Source of the DNA: Saprolegnia diclina VS20
Taxonomy: Eukaryota
NCBI RefSeq assembly: GCF_000281045.1
Contig: NW_008246096.1
Coordinates: forward strand, 650,497-692,626
Direction of reading: 5' to 3'
Length of the DNA: 42,130 nucleotides
In this document: positions 11,797 through 24,075 of the stretch, piece by piece
Layout: the number at the start of each line of letters is the position of its first letter
Position numbering within the stretch: the first letter of the stretch is position 1
The notes under the pieces: model-generated
Database searches by the model: none
Told to the model about the DNA's origin: nothing
The model's input: only the letters and a program-made list of their open reading frames with translations
Translations under genes and position numbers: made by a program

Positions 11797-14405
11797 CTAC
11801 AAGACGGGGAGGAACACGGGTTGCGGGTCGCGTGACTGCGAGAACGACAGCGACTTGCGCGTCTCGCGGGCGTTCGTAATGCGAAAGGCCTCGAGGAACG
11901 CGTTGATACTGATCTTGCCCGTACCTTGCCTACGAAGCGCATCTGGGACCATCCGAAAGAAGAGGCGCGCACAGATCAAGCTCTTGGAAGAGCGTCGCGA
12001 TGTTGTGGAGCTGCGCGTCTTCGTCGGCGACATGCGCATTGAGGAGCGCGCAGCCTTGCTGGAACTCGTCCAGCGTGATGTAGCCCGAGTTGTCCTTGTC
12101 GAAGAAGCAAAAGATCACTTGCAGCTCCTTTCGGTACATGTAGAACGTGTCGAGGTCCAGCTGCCCGCCGGCATCGCCGTGTTGCGCATAAGTGGTCTGG
12201 TACGACTCGAGAAACACCGCGTACTCGACCTTGTCTTGGTTCTTGACCACGCTGCGCGGCGGAAGGAGCACGGGGGCAAGCCGCGACCAGTCGAGCTCGA
12301 GCTGCAAAACATCTCCGAGCACGGCGACCCAGTCGTCGATGCTCACGACACCTACATTACAGTATGCACCAGCAACGTCGAGCCGTGGCAGCGTACCAAG
12401 GTGACGGGAATCTTTGGCTTCGAACGCCGCCAACAAGGCTTTCTACATTCGTCTGGAATGAGACCCCGACGAGCTTGCGTCGCGCACCTTGTGGTTGCCA
12501 ATGAGCTGCATCAGATTGTGTCGGTTGTGGTCCTCAATCGACCGAAAGCCCGGCATCGACGGGCTAATGCGGTACTACCACATGCGTCTGTGAGCCGTAA
12601 ATTGTCATCTAGACGTTTGCAACTGTGGTCGGGACTTGGAACGTATGGAGCTCAAATGCGAGCGACGACTGCAGCACCATGTACGCACCCTACGCACACA
12701 ATATACATATTGTCCTCGTCTCTGCACACTGCGTCTTGGGGTCTACCTTGTTGTTGGAGTAGCAGTAGTTGGAACCTGAGAAGATCGTCACAAGCGTCGA
12801 ACTCGACATCTCGTTTCCATTGTCGTCTTCGGCTGGCACGACCATGCTACCCACGGTGCCGCTGGTCCGCTGTTCTTTGGCGTACGGCCAGTCAAAGCCC
12901 TCTCGGGCCGGCTCGTGGGCGCGCACAAGGAGCTACTCCATCAAGTTACTCCAATACTAGTATATGTATATCCCATTGCACCTTGAGGCCATTCTGGCGT
13001 AAGAAGCGCGCAGTTACGTCGGGTCCAAACACGACACCGGCGCCGCGACGGCTCGGGGAGCTGCCTTTTGTCGACGACGGGTCGGACCACAGCATATCCT
13101 ACGTGCGGTTTGAGGTTCCGTGGGAATTTGGAACGTCCCACCCGCATCGTGCTCAGGTGCTGGAGAAGCTCCGACGACAGTGTCTTGGGAAAATGGAGTT
13201 GAAATTCGCGCCGAGGAATCGCGTCCATCTACAATCGTTCAGACGGTGCGCTCCAGTGGCATTCGTTGACCTCGGTTAGCGTTACGTCGGCGGCCGGAAG
13301 CCCACCGTGCACGACAAATACGGCGTCGTTGATGACGTGCGCGAGCGGGAGTCGTTCAAAAAAGGCGTTAAAGGCACCATACATGTTCCGGTCGTACTTG
13401 GTCATCACCTGCAAGAGATGCAGAAACCACTGTCTTGGTCGTACATGCAGAAACGAATACCTCGCGCTGGAAGCTGTAGAGGCGATTGAGCTGCGGGTCC
13501 TCGTGGTTGCCGCGGTTGATGTGCACGGCGGTCGGGTACAGCATGTGGTAGGCAAACAACAGCGCGCAGATTTCGACGCTGCAGTTACCCCGGTCCACGA
13601 CTAGTTGATACATTGATATATATACGTGACATTGCCACCACGTACAGTCGCCGTTGAAGAGGTACCAGTTGGTCGGCGACGGCGGACCTTGCTCTTTGAA
13701 GATGTGGAGCACGTCGTGGAGTTGCCCGTGCACGTCCCCGACGATTGTGAGCGTAGTGTCGGACGGAATCTACCCTCCGACCATCAGCTTCAACGACCTC
13801 GATTTGCAAGGCGCCAACCGTGAGATGGACCACATTCGGCAACACTTCGTAATGCTGTGCGCATGCGCTCATGAGTCGCGTAAGCGTGTCCGTTGGCAGC
13901 GGGATGTGCATGCCGTCGGCAGCCTCCGCAAAGGCCTACGCCATGCAACGTTATTTCGCGAATCAATGGACGCACCAACCTGGCTCATGCTCGCGACTTG
14001 GTCGATGGACAACGGGAATTGCAAATGAATGAAATCATGCAGTTGAATGCCATCGACGGCAATCGCGTCGGACGAGGCCACGCTCTCTGCAGCGTGATGG
14101 ACGTTCGTGGAGTAGGTAGATAGATGATATGCAGCATACCGAGGTCAGTGGCATCGTCTGCGGACCCGATCATGTCCAAGCACGTGTGCATGAAGGCGGC
14201 AAGCTGGACTTGCTTCGTCTCGTCAAGGCTACGTGATATGCATGAGTCCACGTCGTCGCATGCCCCGTCCTGCGTACAGGTCGAGCTGGCTCCAGATGTG
14301 CCAATGGTGCAGGTCGTCCTCCGAGATCTTGGGCGCCTGCGCTATCGTCGCACGCTCCACGACGATGCCATCCGCCAGGTCTTCCTTCGTGCAGAGCGCG
14401 CCCAT
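11797..14405 (-). CDS. PPEF: PPEF/RdgC-family Ser/Thr protein phosphatase with C-terminal EF-hands (many short exons)
   Basis: PPP motifs GDVHGQ, NGD/VDRG, RGNHE, HGGL, LWSDP, RGAGVVFGPDV, RAHE and TIFSGSNY are all present. EF-hand FDKDNSGYITLDEF and GTGKISINAFLEAF. Start MGALCTK at 14405. Confidence 0.9.
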
Positions 14406-14703
14406 GCTGCGGCCGCGCTGGTCGACTTCGGTATCGTTGAAACGTTCGGCCTCTGCAGTGCAAAAATACATTGTGATTGAATCCAACCGTTTTAAACATG
14501 TTTAAAACATCCATGTTGAAGTCGTGGTGTGTCCAGCCCTGCCGCTCACCCAGGCCGAGAAGGCGGCCGCGCTCGATGAAGATTGCAGTGATATCTCTCC
14601 CTCAACAGTACGCGACCACACGCAAGGTCGAGAGGCCACAAGCATCATCGAGAGGAAGAAGCAAGAAAACGTTGAAGTACGAAAAAGCGAAATCCCTTGC
14701 AAG

Positions 14704-15597
14704 TTAAAGGGCGTGGGCAAACAGTTGGCCGCGCGCGTTAACAGCATACATGCGCGTGTCGGCGATGTGGACGCTGGCGGCATTGCCCAGCACATGGGCG
14801 ACAACGCGCCAGTTGGGCGACGAGCTGAGATTCTCCGTGGCGCAAAAGATCTCGGTCTGGCGGGTCACGCCGCAAAGCGCGTGGCCGTTCGACGAGAGCT
14901 GCGTAAAGAGGCCGGGCACCTGCGCGACCTGCGGCACGTCCATGAGGGCGCCAACAGACGGCTTGCCCGCGAAGAGCTCGTCGCGGTCCGTCACGGCGAA
15001 GAAGGCGTCGTTGCCGTGGAGCACAAACTGCTTGGGTGCACCGACGTCGGCATGGCCCGGCCACATGACCGCCCACGCGATCGGGTTGGCCATGTTGAGG
15101 CAGTACGCCGACGACGATTTGTCGACGCCGCAGACGTAGGCGCCGTCCGACGAGAGCTGCACGTTGTTGCCACGCATCGCCGACCATGCACTCGGTGCCG
15201 ACGCGTGTGCGAACGAGAGCGAGTCGTCCGTCGCCGCGCGGAAGAGCATGCCGTTGGCGAGCTCAATGTGCTGCGTGTTGCCAACGAGCGGCGTCCAATG
15301 CGCAAGGTTCGACTCGTCGGCGCACAAGACGTGGTTGGCCGTGGTCGTGCCGCACACGCGACCGTCGGCCGCCGACACTTGGCGGAATGCCACGTCGTCG
15401 GGCGTCGCCACCTGCATCCAGTAGTCGGCGTTCAAGTTGGTCGGGCGGAGCGAGAGCTCCGTAGGCGGCGAGGCCGTCTTTTGCTGGACGAGGACGACGA
15501 GGCCGAGGACGGCAGCCGCCGCCACGACGTGACCAGCATGACGGACGCCCGAGGCGCGCTCGGGTGTCGTGGTGTGAAGCATCGGGCTCTTCTCCAT
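14704..15597 (-). CDS. Tectonin/tachylectin-like beta-propeller protein with an N-terminal membrane anchor (297 aa, intronless)
   Basis: Repeated blades such as FRQVSAADGRVCGTT, NVQLSSDGAYVCGVD and FTQLSSNGHALCGVT..EIFC, with W..L/V.G ends. Hydrophobic segment VVAAAAVLGLVVLV lies near the N-terminus. Confidence 0.75.
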   Translation of the reverse strand: MEKSPMLHTTTPERASGVRHAGHVVAAAAVLGLVVLVQQKTASPPTELSLRPTNLNADYWMQVATPDDVAFRQVSAADGRVCGTTTANHVLCADESNLAHWTPLVGNTQHIELANGMLFRAATDDSLSFAHASAPSAWSAMRGNNVQLSSDGAYVCGVDKSSSAYCLNMANPIAWAVMWPGHADVGAPKQFVLHGNDAFFAVTDRDELFAGKPSVGALMDVPQVAQVPGLFTQLSSNGHALCGVTRQTEIFCATENLSSSPNWRVVAHVLGNAASVHIADTRMYAVNARGQLFAHAL

Positions 15598-16267
15598 GGT
15601 CGGCAAATCGAAGTGTGACGCCAAGATCACCCTGCGCCCGAGCACGATCTGCATCTGGTTCGGATGATTCGGAGTTTGTATGTAGGGCGCCTCCGCAAAG
15701 TACTGGAGTAGTAGTACTGCAAGTACAAGAGTGATAGGGAGCTGCCATGGCGAAGCATCTTTAGCGCTTTCCTGTCGCTCCAGCCCTCAAGAGCTTGCAA
15801 GAGGCAGAGAACCTATGCTCGCTGAGGCATTGAAACAACAACCTCCGCGCAGCTCGGCCAACGCCGACGGACGTATGGGCTCCAAGATGCTACTCGTTTG
15901 TCGCAAGCCCACGGCCACGCACCCACTCACTCGCATGGGAACTTTGTCTGCGGATGAGCACTGTCTTACGCCTAGTCCTATCGAGCGTCTATAGCTCAAG
16001 TCTACATATTCGTTGGACGCGTCTCGACGGCAGCTTGACGATGCAGCGCCTGGCGCGAATTGCGATCTTGCATGTCGCCGACGCTGATTGGCTCGATTTA
16101 AGACTCTAAACCATCTGGCATGATAAAATGAATCGTTCGTGGTTTAAAAAGTACGCAACGAGGGGCGGGCAGGGTACGAATTAGTATCAACAATTCCTAG
16201 TCGGACTTAGTCGAAACCGCATAATTCGTAGTCATGGATCAATTTGGAATTTGCGAGAAGAAGGGAC

Positions 16268-16924
16268 ATGGCCTACACGGCGGACGAGACGGCGCTCCTC
16301 GCGCAGAAGCCGCGCATGGGCGCGCTCTCGGTGGCCGAGAAGATCGAGCAGGCAAACCTCCTCAAGACGCAGGGCAACACGCTCTTCAAGGGAGGGGAGT
16401 ACAAGAAGGCGATCCACAAGTACTCGGCCGTCTTCTTGTACGTCAACGGCCTCAGCGTCGCCGGCGATGGCATGTCGACGTACTCGCAAGGCAACGCGTC
16501 CATGTCGGCGTCCGCGGCCGAGGGCGACGAGATCAAGCAGCTCAAGATCGTCGCCTACACGAACACAGCCATGTCGCACCTCAAGCTCGAAGCCTTCGAC
16601 AAGGCGCTCGACGTGTGCGAGAAGGTGCTGGCCATTGAGCCTGAGCATGTCAAGGCGCTCTTCCGTCAAGGCCAAGCGTATGGCCTCTTGTAGCAGTAGC
16701 ATCTATGGCTCATCAAACTGCACGACTGTAGCTACGCGGGCAAGGGCAAGTACTCGATGGCCAAGGAGATTCTCAAGAAGGCGCTGGCGCTCGAGCCCAA
16801 GAACGCGGCCGTGCGCAACGAGCTGAAGCGCGTGATCGACGAAAGCAAGCTGCACCCGGAAGAAGACGAGCTCAAGAACAAGTTTTCCAACATGTTCAAC
16901 AAGTCGGGGGGTATTTACAAGTAG
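16268..16924 (+). CDS. TPR protein, TTC9/FKBP-TPR-like (200 aa, 2 exons)
   Basis: LKTQGNTLFKGGEYKKAIHKY, YTNTAMSHLKL..FDKALDVCEKVLAIEPEHVKALFRQGQAY and KALALEPKNAAVRNEL. Intron 16678-16731. Confidence 0.88.
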
Positions 16925-16969
16925 TCTGGTCAATCGAGATTCACAGATTGAATGCAATGGGTCCGACGA

Positions 16970-18343
16970 CTAGTACTTGCTACTGTTACTGGCGTTGGGC
17001 AGGTCCCAAATGCCATCGAGGCGGTCGCACACGCAGTCCATGATCGACTCGTAGCTGTGTCCCATCGCTGTGTGCGGCTCGGACGGCAGCAGCATCGAGA
17101 CGTCGACGTTGGCTACCCAGGGTGACTCGATGGGCGTGCAGCCGGCGGGCGGGTGATGCGTCTGAAGAAACGTCATAGCGCGGAAGAGCTTGTTCAAGAC
17201 GCAGTCTTGCGTCGAGTAGACGTTGAGAATCCGGTCGCGGCGCATGTCGGCAAAGGCCGTGGCGGCCACTGCGCTAAAGTCGTGGGAGGGCACAAACGCA
17301 CCGGCAAAGAAGACCTATCGGATGCCATGGGTGAGACCTACCGACGACCGCGCAGTACGTACGACGCGATGGAGATCAAAGCGAGTATACGGCGACGTTG
17401 CATTCTCTGCTGCGAGACGATCGAGGAGGCTATAGAGCACCGCGCCGCCAAGCGAGTGGCCGAGAAGCGTCACCTTGCGGCCGCGCGTGAGTGTCGGGTG
17501 CATGCGGAGCACATCGGCGAGGATATGTCCGACTTGGTGGGCCTTGTTCTTGGCCCGGTTCCACGGGTTGCCTGCGTGGGTTCCGATCGCACCGTCGTTT
17601 GCATCGGAGTTTGTACCTGTAAAGTGGGTCGCAATCACGTCTTCGAGGCCCGTCGCGAGATGGCTTTTGGCCTGCGCGACAAAGTTTTCCCACTCGGCGC
17701 TGTTCCCAGCTTCCCACAAGACAACGTAGCACGCGACTACGAGAGCGTGGTTCTCTGAGTACATGCAAATGCGAAGAAGGGTCGTGTACCGTTCTTGCGC
17801 TGGCAGTAGGTCGCCCAGTTGGTCGTTGGGTCGACGCCGTGCGTCATAAAGCCATTCACAGCGATCACGACGTGCTCGCAATTCGAAATGTCCCCACTGA
17901 TGTGCTCCAGCTTGAGGTAGTCGACGGCGCGGATTTTCTGGTTGGTTTCCATCGACCTGAGACCCGCTTCTTTCGCTGTCGCCCAGAGGAACGCCGATTT
18001 GGACACGGGCGCATCGTGCTAGAATCAACCAACGAGCGTGAGACCGTCGTGACAAGTACCAAGTCGATACCGTCGCGACAGGTGTCTTAAAAAATGCGCT
18101 TGCAGCGCCGAAGAGCCCACCGGTGAAGGCGGCCACAACATCTGTCTCGAGGACTTGGTCTGTGGGCTGGCGCGCAATGGCCGTGCTGATCTCGCGGTCA
18201 AGCTGCGCCAGCATCCGTTGGTGGAGGTTGACCTTGACCGACTTGGCGTCCCGCTGCAGCATGCGCCACTCATCCTCGGTCATTTGGCCCTTCGCGATGA
18301 GGTCCCTTGCATCGCCCTGGAGAAAGCGACCGTCGTCGACCAT
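16970..18343 (-). CDS. DUF726/TMCO4-like alpha/beta-hydrolase-fold protein (multi-exon)
   Basis: VVIAVNGFM, WE..., NPWNRAKNKAHQVGHILADVL, RKVTLLGHSLGGAV, RILNVYSTQDCVL and NVDVS..GHSY, which is the DUF726 motif order. Confidence 0.82.
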
Positions 18344-18423
18344 GCTGCGAGTATGTTTATCCGGATAGGAGGCGGTTGCATTTTATCAAGTTGGATTATG
18401 CAAGAAGCAAGGAATAGATAACG

Positions 18424-21400
18424 CTAGGCTTCGTAGGCCGTGAGGTCAAGCGTGAGGCACTTGGAGCGCTGGGAGCCAATGTCCTTGCAGACGCCAATGA
18501 GCGCGTCCGCCTTTTCGTAGAAAGAGTCCTTGAGCGAGATGACGATGCACTGGAAGTCGCACTTTTGGATGTACGTCGAGACCTTGTTGACGTTGATGTT
18601 GTCCAGCGCCGCGTCCACCTCGTCGAGCACAAAGAAGGGCGACGGCCGGTAGCTGTGGATCGCAAAGAGGAGTGCGAGCGCCGCCACCGTCTTCTCGCCG
18701 CCGCTGAGCTGCTCCATCTCGCGGAACCGCTTCATGGGCGGCATCGCGTTGTACTTCATGCCGTGCAAGTACGGCTCCTCGGGGTTGTCAATGTTGAGGT
18801 ACGCCGTACCGCCCAGTGGGTGCTTAGAGCTCTTGGTCAGGTTCTTGTACACGCTGTCGATGCACCCCGAGACGTGGTTGTACGCCTCCATAAACCGCTC
18901 GTAGCGCGCTTCGCGTACCTCGTCAAAGCGCGTCGCGGCCTCGGCTGCGCCAGCCTACGCGTTGTCATATGAGTTTTTGACAATTGAGTGGATAGCACAT
19001 ACCTTGATGCGCTCGAGCTCGGCTTCTTCGTGGCTGATGCGCGATTGGATCTCGTCATACTTTTCGAGCGCCTTCATATTGGGCTGCATGCGCTCCAGCT
19101 CGGCCGCGAGCGTCGCAATTTGCTGCTCGTACTTTGTCGCGAGGTCCTCTCGTTCCTTGTTGTTCGCAAACGAGATGCGGTCCAAGCCGGAAAAGTCAAT
19201 CACTTCGTCCACATAGCGCTTGTCAGCCTGCGCCGTCAGCGTCACGCTGCTGTCGCCCATCGAGGATTGCTGACTTTCGACCATGTCGACGTCGCCATCG
19301 CTGTCGTCGTCGGAGGTATGGCCCACAAGTGGCAGCTTCACTTGGTCCATGGTCGCACGCTTGAGAATCTCGTGCTTCTTGTCCTTCAAGCGATCCAGCG
19401 CCGCCTCTTGCACCGAGATCTTCTTGTGGATGTCCGCAACGTCCGTGTCGAGCGACTCACGTTGCTTGGCCATTGCCTTCAGCTCGGTTTCGATCGCCTT
19501 GAGGGCGGCGTGGGCTGCCGCCGCCGCGTCCGTCTTGGCTTTGTTGTCGGCTTCGAGCTTTGACGTCTGCGCGACGAGCGTCTTCTTCTCGTGTTGAATG
19601 TCTTCCAGCGTCTTGGTCTCTTTTGCAATCGACGCCTTGCAGTAGTCCCAGCGGCGTCGGTTGTCATGCCCTTCTAGGTATTGCAGCTAGACAAGGGCGC
19701 CACGATGACCATCAGACTATGTGTCTAAGCATACCTGGGCCTGGATTTTGGCCATGTGACTGTGAAGCTTGCGACGGCGGTCGATACGCTCCTGCTGCTG
19801 TTTGACGACCTTCTCTTCGTATTCTCGGATGTTTTCAACGCCAAACGACTCGCTAAAGTCCTTGAACATGTCGTCTTCGACCTAATCGTCCATGCATACG
19901 TTTAGGCTATTGAGAGCAGAATGTTCTGTACCGAATGGATGTCACGCTCAAGCGCACGCATGTCGGTCGCGCGCGCTGCAATCGACTTTTTGACCTTTTT
20001 GATCTCAGGAAGTAGCGCAGCGAGACGCTTCTTGCAGTCTTGCATACGGGCCTTGATCTTGGGGATTTTGGCCTCCGTCGTCGCAATGTCGGCCGTCGCG
20101 TAGCGCAGACGGTTGCGAAGCGACCCGAGCTTTGTTTCGAGAGTTTGACGGCGCACGGCGCCGGTGCTCTCTTTCTCAAGTGCCATGAGCTCCTAACAAC
20201 GATTGCAGTAGATAAGAGCTACGTGATGGCAATAAAAGACGCACCGACTGCAGTGCATCCCGCTTGTCTTTGAGGAGCTGTGTTTCCTTTTCGTCCCAGC
20301 GGCCAGCGCGCGCGGCGTCCTTTTGGGTGCGACCACCCGTCATGCTGCCGTTCTTGCTCACGACCATGCCGTTGAGCGTCACAGCCTTGACCTTTTCATT
20401 GCGCTGAAAGCAAATCTCTCTAGACAGGACCGTTTAGCAATGTGAGTGGACGGCTAGTGATAATATTTGTACCGTGCTTCGTCAATGTTGTCGCACACAA
20501 TCGTGTCCGAGACAGCGTAGAGCACGGCGGGTTGGATATCGTGGTCGCAGTCAATGACGTCCACGACAAGTTTGACGCCGAGGTCGCGAAGGCGCTCGTT
20601 GATGGGCTTGACGCGGATCTTGTCAAGCGGAATAAACGAGATGCTGTCAAGTCGGTTGTCACGGAGGTACTACAATTGGCGTCACCATACATGTCGTACA
20701 GGCCAGCGCGCATATACCTGAATGCATTCTTGGCCCGTCTTGTAGTCGTTCACAACGAGCGAGTCCATGTGCTTGCCGGTCGCAACCGTCACGGCCATGT
20801 TGTACTTGCGTTGGATCGGCTTGCACAAGTCCACGAGACGACCGCGCACGCCGGGAAAGAGGCGCTGGAGTGCGTCAAATGTTTGCGACTTCTTCAGTTC
20901 GGCCTGGCTCTGACGCCAATCGTCCTTAACATTGCGCAGTTGCTACAGCAACGCATTAGCAGAAGCCGACAAGCTGGATGAAGCATGTACAAGCTGAAGC
21001 TTGTCCAACTCGGTCTTGAGCGATTGTTTCTTGTTTGAAATGTCGATTTCCTAGGGCCCATTCGATATGCCAGGCTGCCACGGGCAGGTTCTGCGTACAT
21101 GTTGCTCTGTGTTCTGGAGGTCGCTTTCGGCTTGCGCAATCTCTTCCTTGCTTTTCGTGATCACGCGTTTGATCTAAAAAGGATGTGGATGGTGACGCTA
21201 AGCCCACAAGGACGTACGTCGACAAGTCGGTCCTCAGCTGATTTGCGGTCTTCCTTGAGCCGGTTCATCTCCTCAGTGTGCTCCTTTTCTTCTTGGGACA
21301 AGGTTGCGAGACGGCTTTCGTCGGCCGTCTCTTGCCGCGCCAGCTATGGGCGCGCTAAATACACGCACGTGACTAGGGCGATCGTACCGACGCCAAATCG

Positions 21401-22734
21401 TTGCGCAGCTTTGTGGTTTCGATCAAGGCCGTCTCTTTGATGCGATGGTACTCTTCGAGCTGGTTGCCCTCGAGCACAAGTTCTTCGTCGTCTTTGGTCT
21501 CTGCGAGCACAGCCTCGGCCTGCACACACGTATGAGGCACAGCCAACTTGAGCACAAAGTACATACCTGCTTGAGCTCCGCAAGGTCGGCGTGCAATCCG
21601 TCCATTTCGTCGTTTTGCTCTTCGACCTTCTTGGCCATGACCTTTTCTTGCGCAATCGCGGCGTCGAGCTTCTTCTTTGAGTGCTTGATGTGCTCGTTCA
21701 GCTGGATGATCCGCGGCGCGACGTTGTCGACCTGCTGCTGCACATTCACGGCGTTCATGTCGCGCTGCCGGCACTCCTTGAGCTGCAACGCATGCTGCTT
21801 CTTCTTGTCCTTGAACGCATCTAAAATCGTCTACGAGCGTTGCATCAGATATCACGCACGTAAGCAATAAACGACCTTGTTGTCACCGAGAATTTCGTCG
21901 AGCTGCGCTTGGGCGTCGTCCATCACGCGCTTGCGACCCGTCGCCTCTTCCTCGACGTGGAAGAGTTGCCATAAATAGTTGTGCTGCTTCACGCGCGTGA
22001 GCTCCTTGCGCTTCTGCTTGAAGCGCTCGGCCTCTTCCTTCTGTTCGCGCACGATCTTGCGCTCGGCCGCGAGACCCTTCTTCTTCTGGTACGCAAAGAT
22101 CGTGTTTTCCTCGGCAGCGTTCTTGGCTTCCATGCACTTTTCGTACTCGTCCTTGAGCTCGTCCGACGACGAAATCATCTCAAAGAGACGGGTAAGCTGC
22201 TCGGGGCTCTTGGACGCGATCGACTCGACGTCGCCTATTCACAGAGCTGAGTTCCGTGATGTTGCAGTCGTGCTTACCTTGGAAGACGAGAAAGTTGCGG
22301 GCCTTGACGAGAATGCCAAGGTCCTTGAGCGTATTTTCGTACTCGTCGTGGGCCACGTCGTTGCCGTTGATGCTGTAGGACCCAACGCCCTTGTCCGAGA
22401 TGCGCCGCGTAAAGTTCAACTCGTCGGACGGGAGCTCGCCGAGGCGCGCCGTCATCTTCTCCTTCTCAGCGTCATCGAGTCCATAGATGAGCGAGACGTA
22501 CGCGCCATCGGGGCTCACGTCGTTCGTCCCGTCCTTATGGAGGAGGTCCTTGAGCTGGTTCGAGCGCAGCTGCCGGCTGTGGACGCCGAGGACGAAGCTG
22601 ATGGCGTCCATGAGGTTGGACTTGCCGGCGCCGTTGGGCCCGATCACGGCCGTGAAGCGGTAGAAGGGACCGATCTCTTGCTTCCCTCCATACGACTTGA
22701 AGTTGCTCACGTCGAGGCGAAGGATGCGGCCCAT
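18424..22734 (-). CDS. SMC1: Structural maintenance of chromosomes protein 1 (cohesin), many introns
   Basis: MGRILRLDVSNFKSYGG, Walker A IGPNGAGKSNLMDAISFVLG, KARNFLVFQG, hinge FPGVRGRLVDLCKP and VTLNGMVVSKNGSMTGG, C-terminal PPMKRFREMEQLSGGEKTVAALALLF and PSPFFVLDEVDAALD. Confidence 0.97.
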
Positions 22735-22757
22735 CTTCGTGCTGGTTTCGCGGGCAC

Positions 22758-22772
22758 CAAATGGAATTTCCC
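22758..22772 (-). promoter_or_regulatory. Putative core-promoter element (Inr/FPR-like) upstream of SMC1
   Basis: GGGAAATTCCATTTG ends 23 nt before the SMC1 ATG. The near-identical GGGAAATTCCCATTTG ends 24 nt before the GET3 ATG. Confidence 0.45.
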
Positions 22773-23213
22773 GACCGCGACGCAGCGCGGGAATCTGCGT
22801 TAGAAGCACAAATCCGGATTGTGCGACGGTATCCGAAACGTGTTTTTGATATAAGACCCTTTTTTACGGGACATATACGATATAAATGACCGGTAACTTG
22901 GCTTGGCTAAGATCACGCCGCTTGCACCGCATCCTTTTGCGATTGTGGGGCATCCTAGCACAGAGTCTGGCAAAAGCAAGCCGACGCAATAATAAAACGC
23001 AGTGGTGAAATACATGAATATCATGTTTAAGACTGCTGTCCTCGATGGGCTGTGCGGACGAGAGCGGACATGTATATAGTTGCGTTGGACTAGACTTAAC
23101 AAATCGAACACATACAAACAGCAAGCTGGACCCCAAAAATACGATCAGAATATGCATTCGACGCACGAGTTGCGGAATTTCGGGGCCAGTCGCAGGAAGC
23201 AGAGGACAGCAGC

Positions 23214-24029
23214 ATGGGCGAGCGCAAGGTCCTGAACAAGTACTTCCCGCCGGACTTTGATCCGGCGCTCATGCCTCGGCGCAAGCAGCCAAAGAACATG
23301 CAGATCGAGGTGCGTATGATGCTGCCCTTCTCGATCCAGTGCAGCACGTGCGGCGAGTACATGTACCGCGGCAAGAAGTTCAACTCGCGCAAGGAAGACG
23401 TGCTCGAGGAAGACTACCATGGCATCAAGATCTTCCGCTTCTACATCCGATGCATCACGTGCGCAAGCGAAATCACGTTCAAGACCGATCCGCAGCATGG
23501 CGACTATGCCGCCGAGCATGGCTGCCAACGCAACTTTGAGCCATGGCGTGAGACCGACGCCGACGAAGCTGCGATGCTCAAGGAGCGCGAAGAAGAAGAA
23601 AAAGGCGACTCGATGAAGGCGCTGGAAAACCGAACGCTCGACTCGAAGCGAGAGATGGACATTCTCGATGCGCTCGACGAAATCAAGGCAATCAACCAGC
23701 GCCACGCCAAGGTCGACACGGACGCGCTACTTGCCAAGGTCGCCTGCAGCGGCGAGCAGCCCGTGGAAACCAAGATCATGACCGAAGAAGAGATCCAAGC
23801 CGAGATGGAAAACTTCCGGAAGCGCAAGCTCGAGCAGCTCTCGTCGGGCCCACCTGCCAAGGTGGCCAAGGCTGTGCCAGTCACACTGGCTGCCCCCGAG
23901 CAAGTAAAGCCGGCGCCAGCGCCCATTGTGATCAAGAAGAAGAAGACTATGGCGTCCAAGCCGAAAGCCAAGGCCGCGCCGGCCAAGGCGGTTGCGTTGG
24001 TCGGGAATTACGATAGCAATAGTGATTAG
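23214..24029 (+). CDS. YJU2: Splicing factor YJU2/CCDC94 (Cwc16), intronless
   Basis: MGERKVLNKYFPPDFDP, VRMMLPFSIQCSTCGEYMYRGKKFNSRKE, FYIRCITC..EITFKTDP and MKALENRTLDSKREMDILDALDEIK. Confidence 0.96.
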   Translation: MGERKVLNKYFPPDFDPALMPRRKQPKNMQIEVRMMLPFSIQCSTCGEYMYRGKKFNSRKEDVLEEDYHGIKIFRFYIRCITCASEITFKTDPQHGDYAAEHGCQRNFEPWRETDADEAAMLKEREEEEKGDSMKALENRTLDSKREMDILDALDEIKAINQRHAKVDTDALLAKVACSGEQPVETKIMTEEEIQAEMENFRKRKLEQLSSGPPAKVAKAVPVTLAAPEQVKPAPAPIVIKKKKTMASKPKAKAAPAKAVALVGNYDSNSD

Positions 24030-24075
24030 GTTTGCGTGAAATGAAGAACGTTGCTGCTTGCGATCTTAATCCTGT

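Noticed and set aside
22741..22795. E2F-like TTTCGCGG and TTCCCGCG words near the SMC1 start
   Set aside because: Short GC-rich words occur often by chance in this DNA and cannot be supported without enrichment data.
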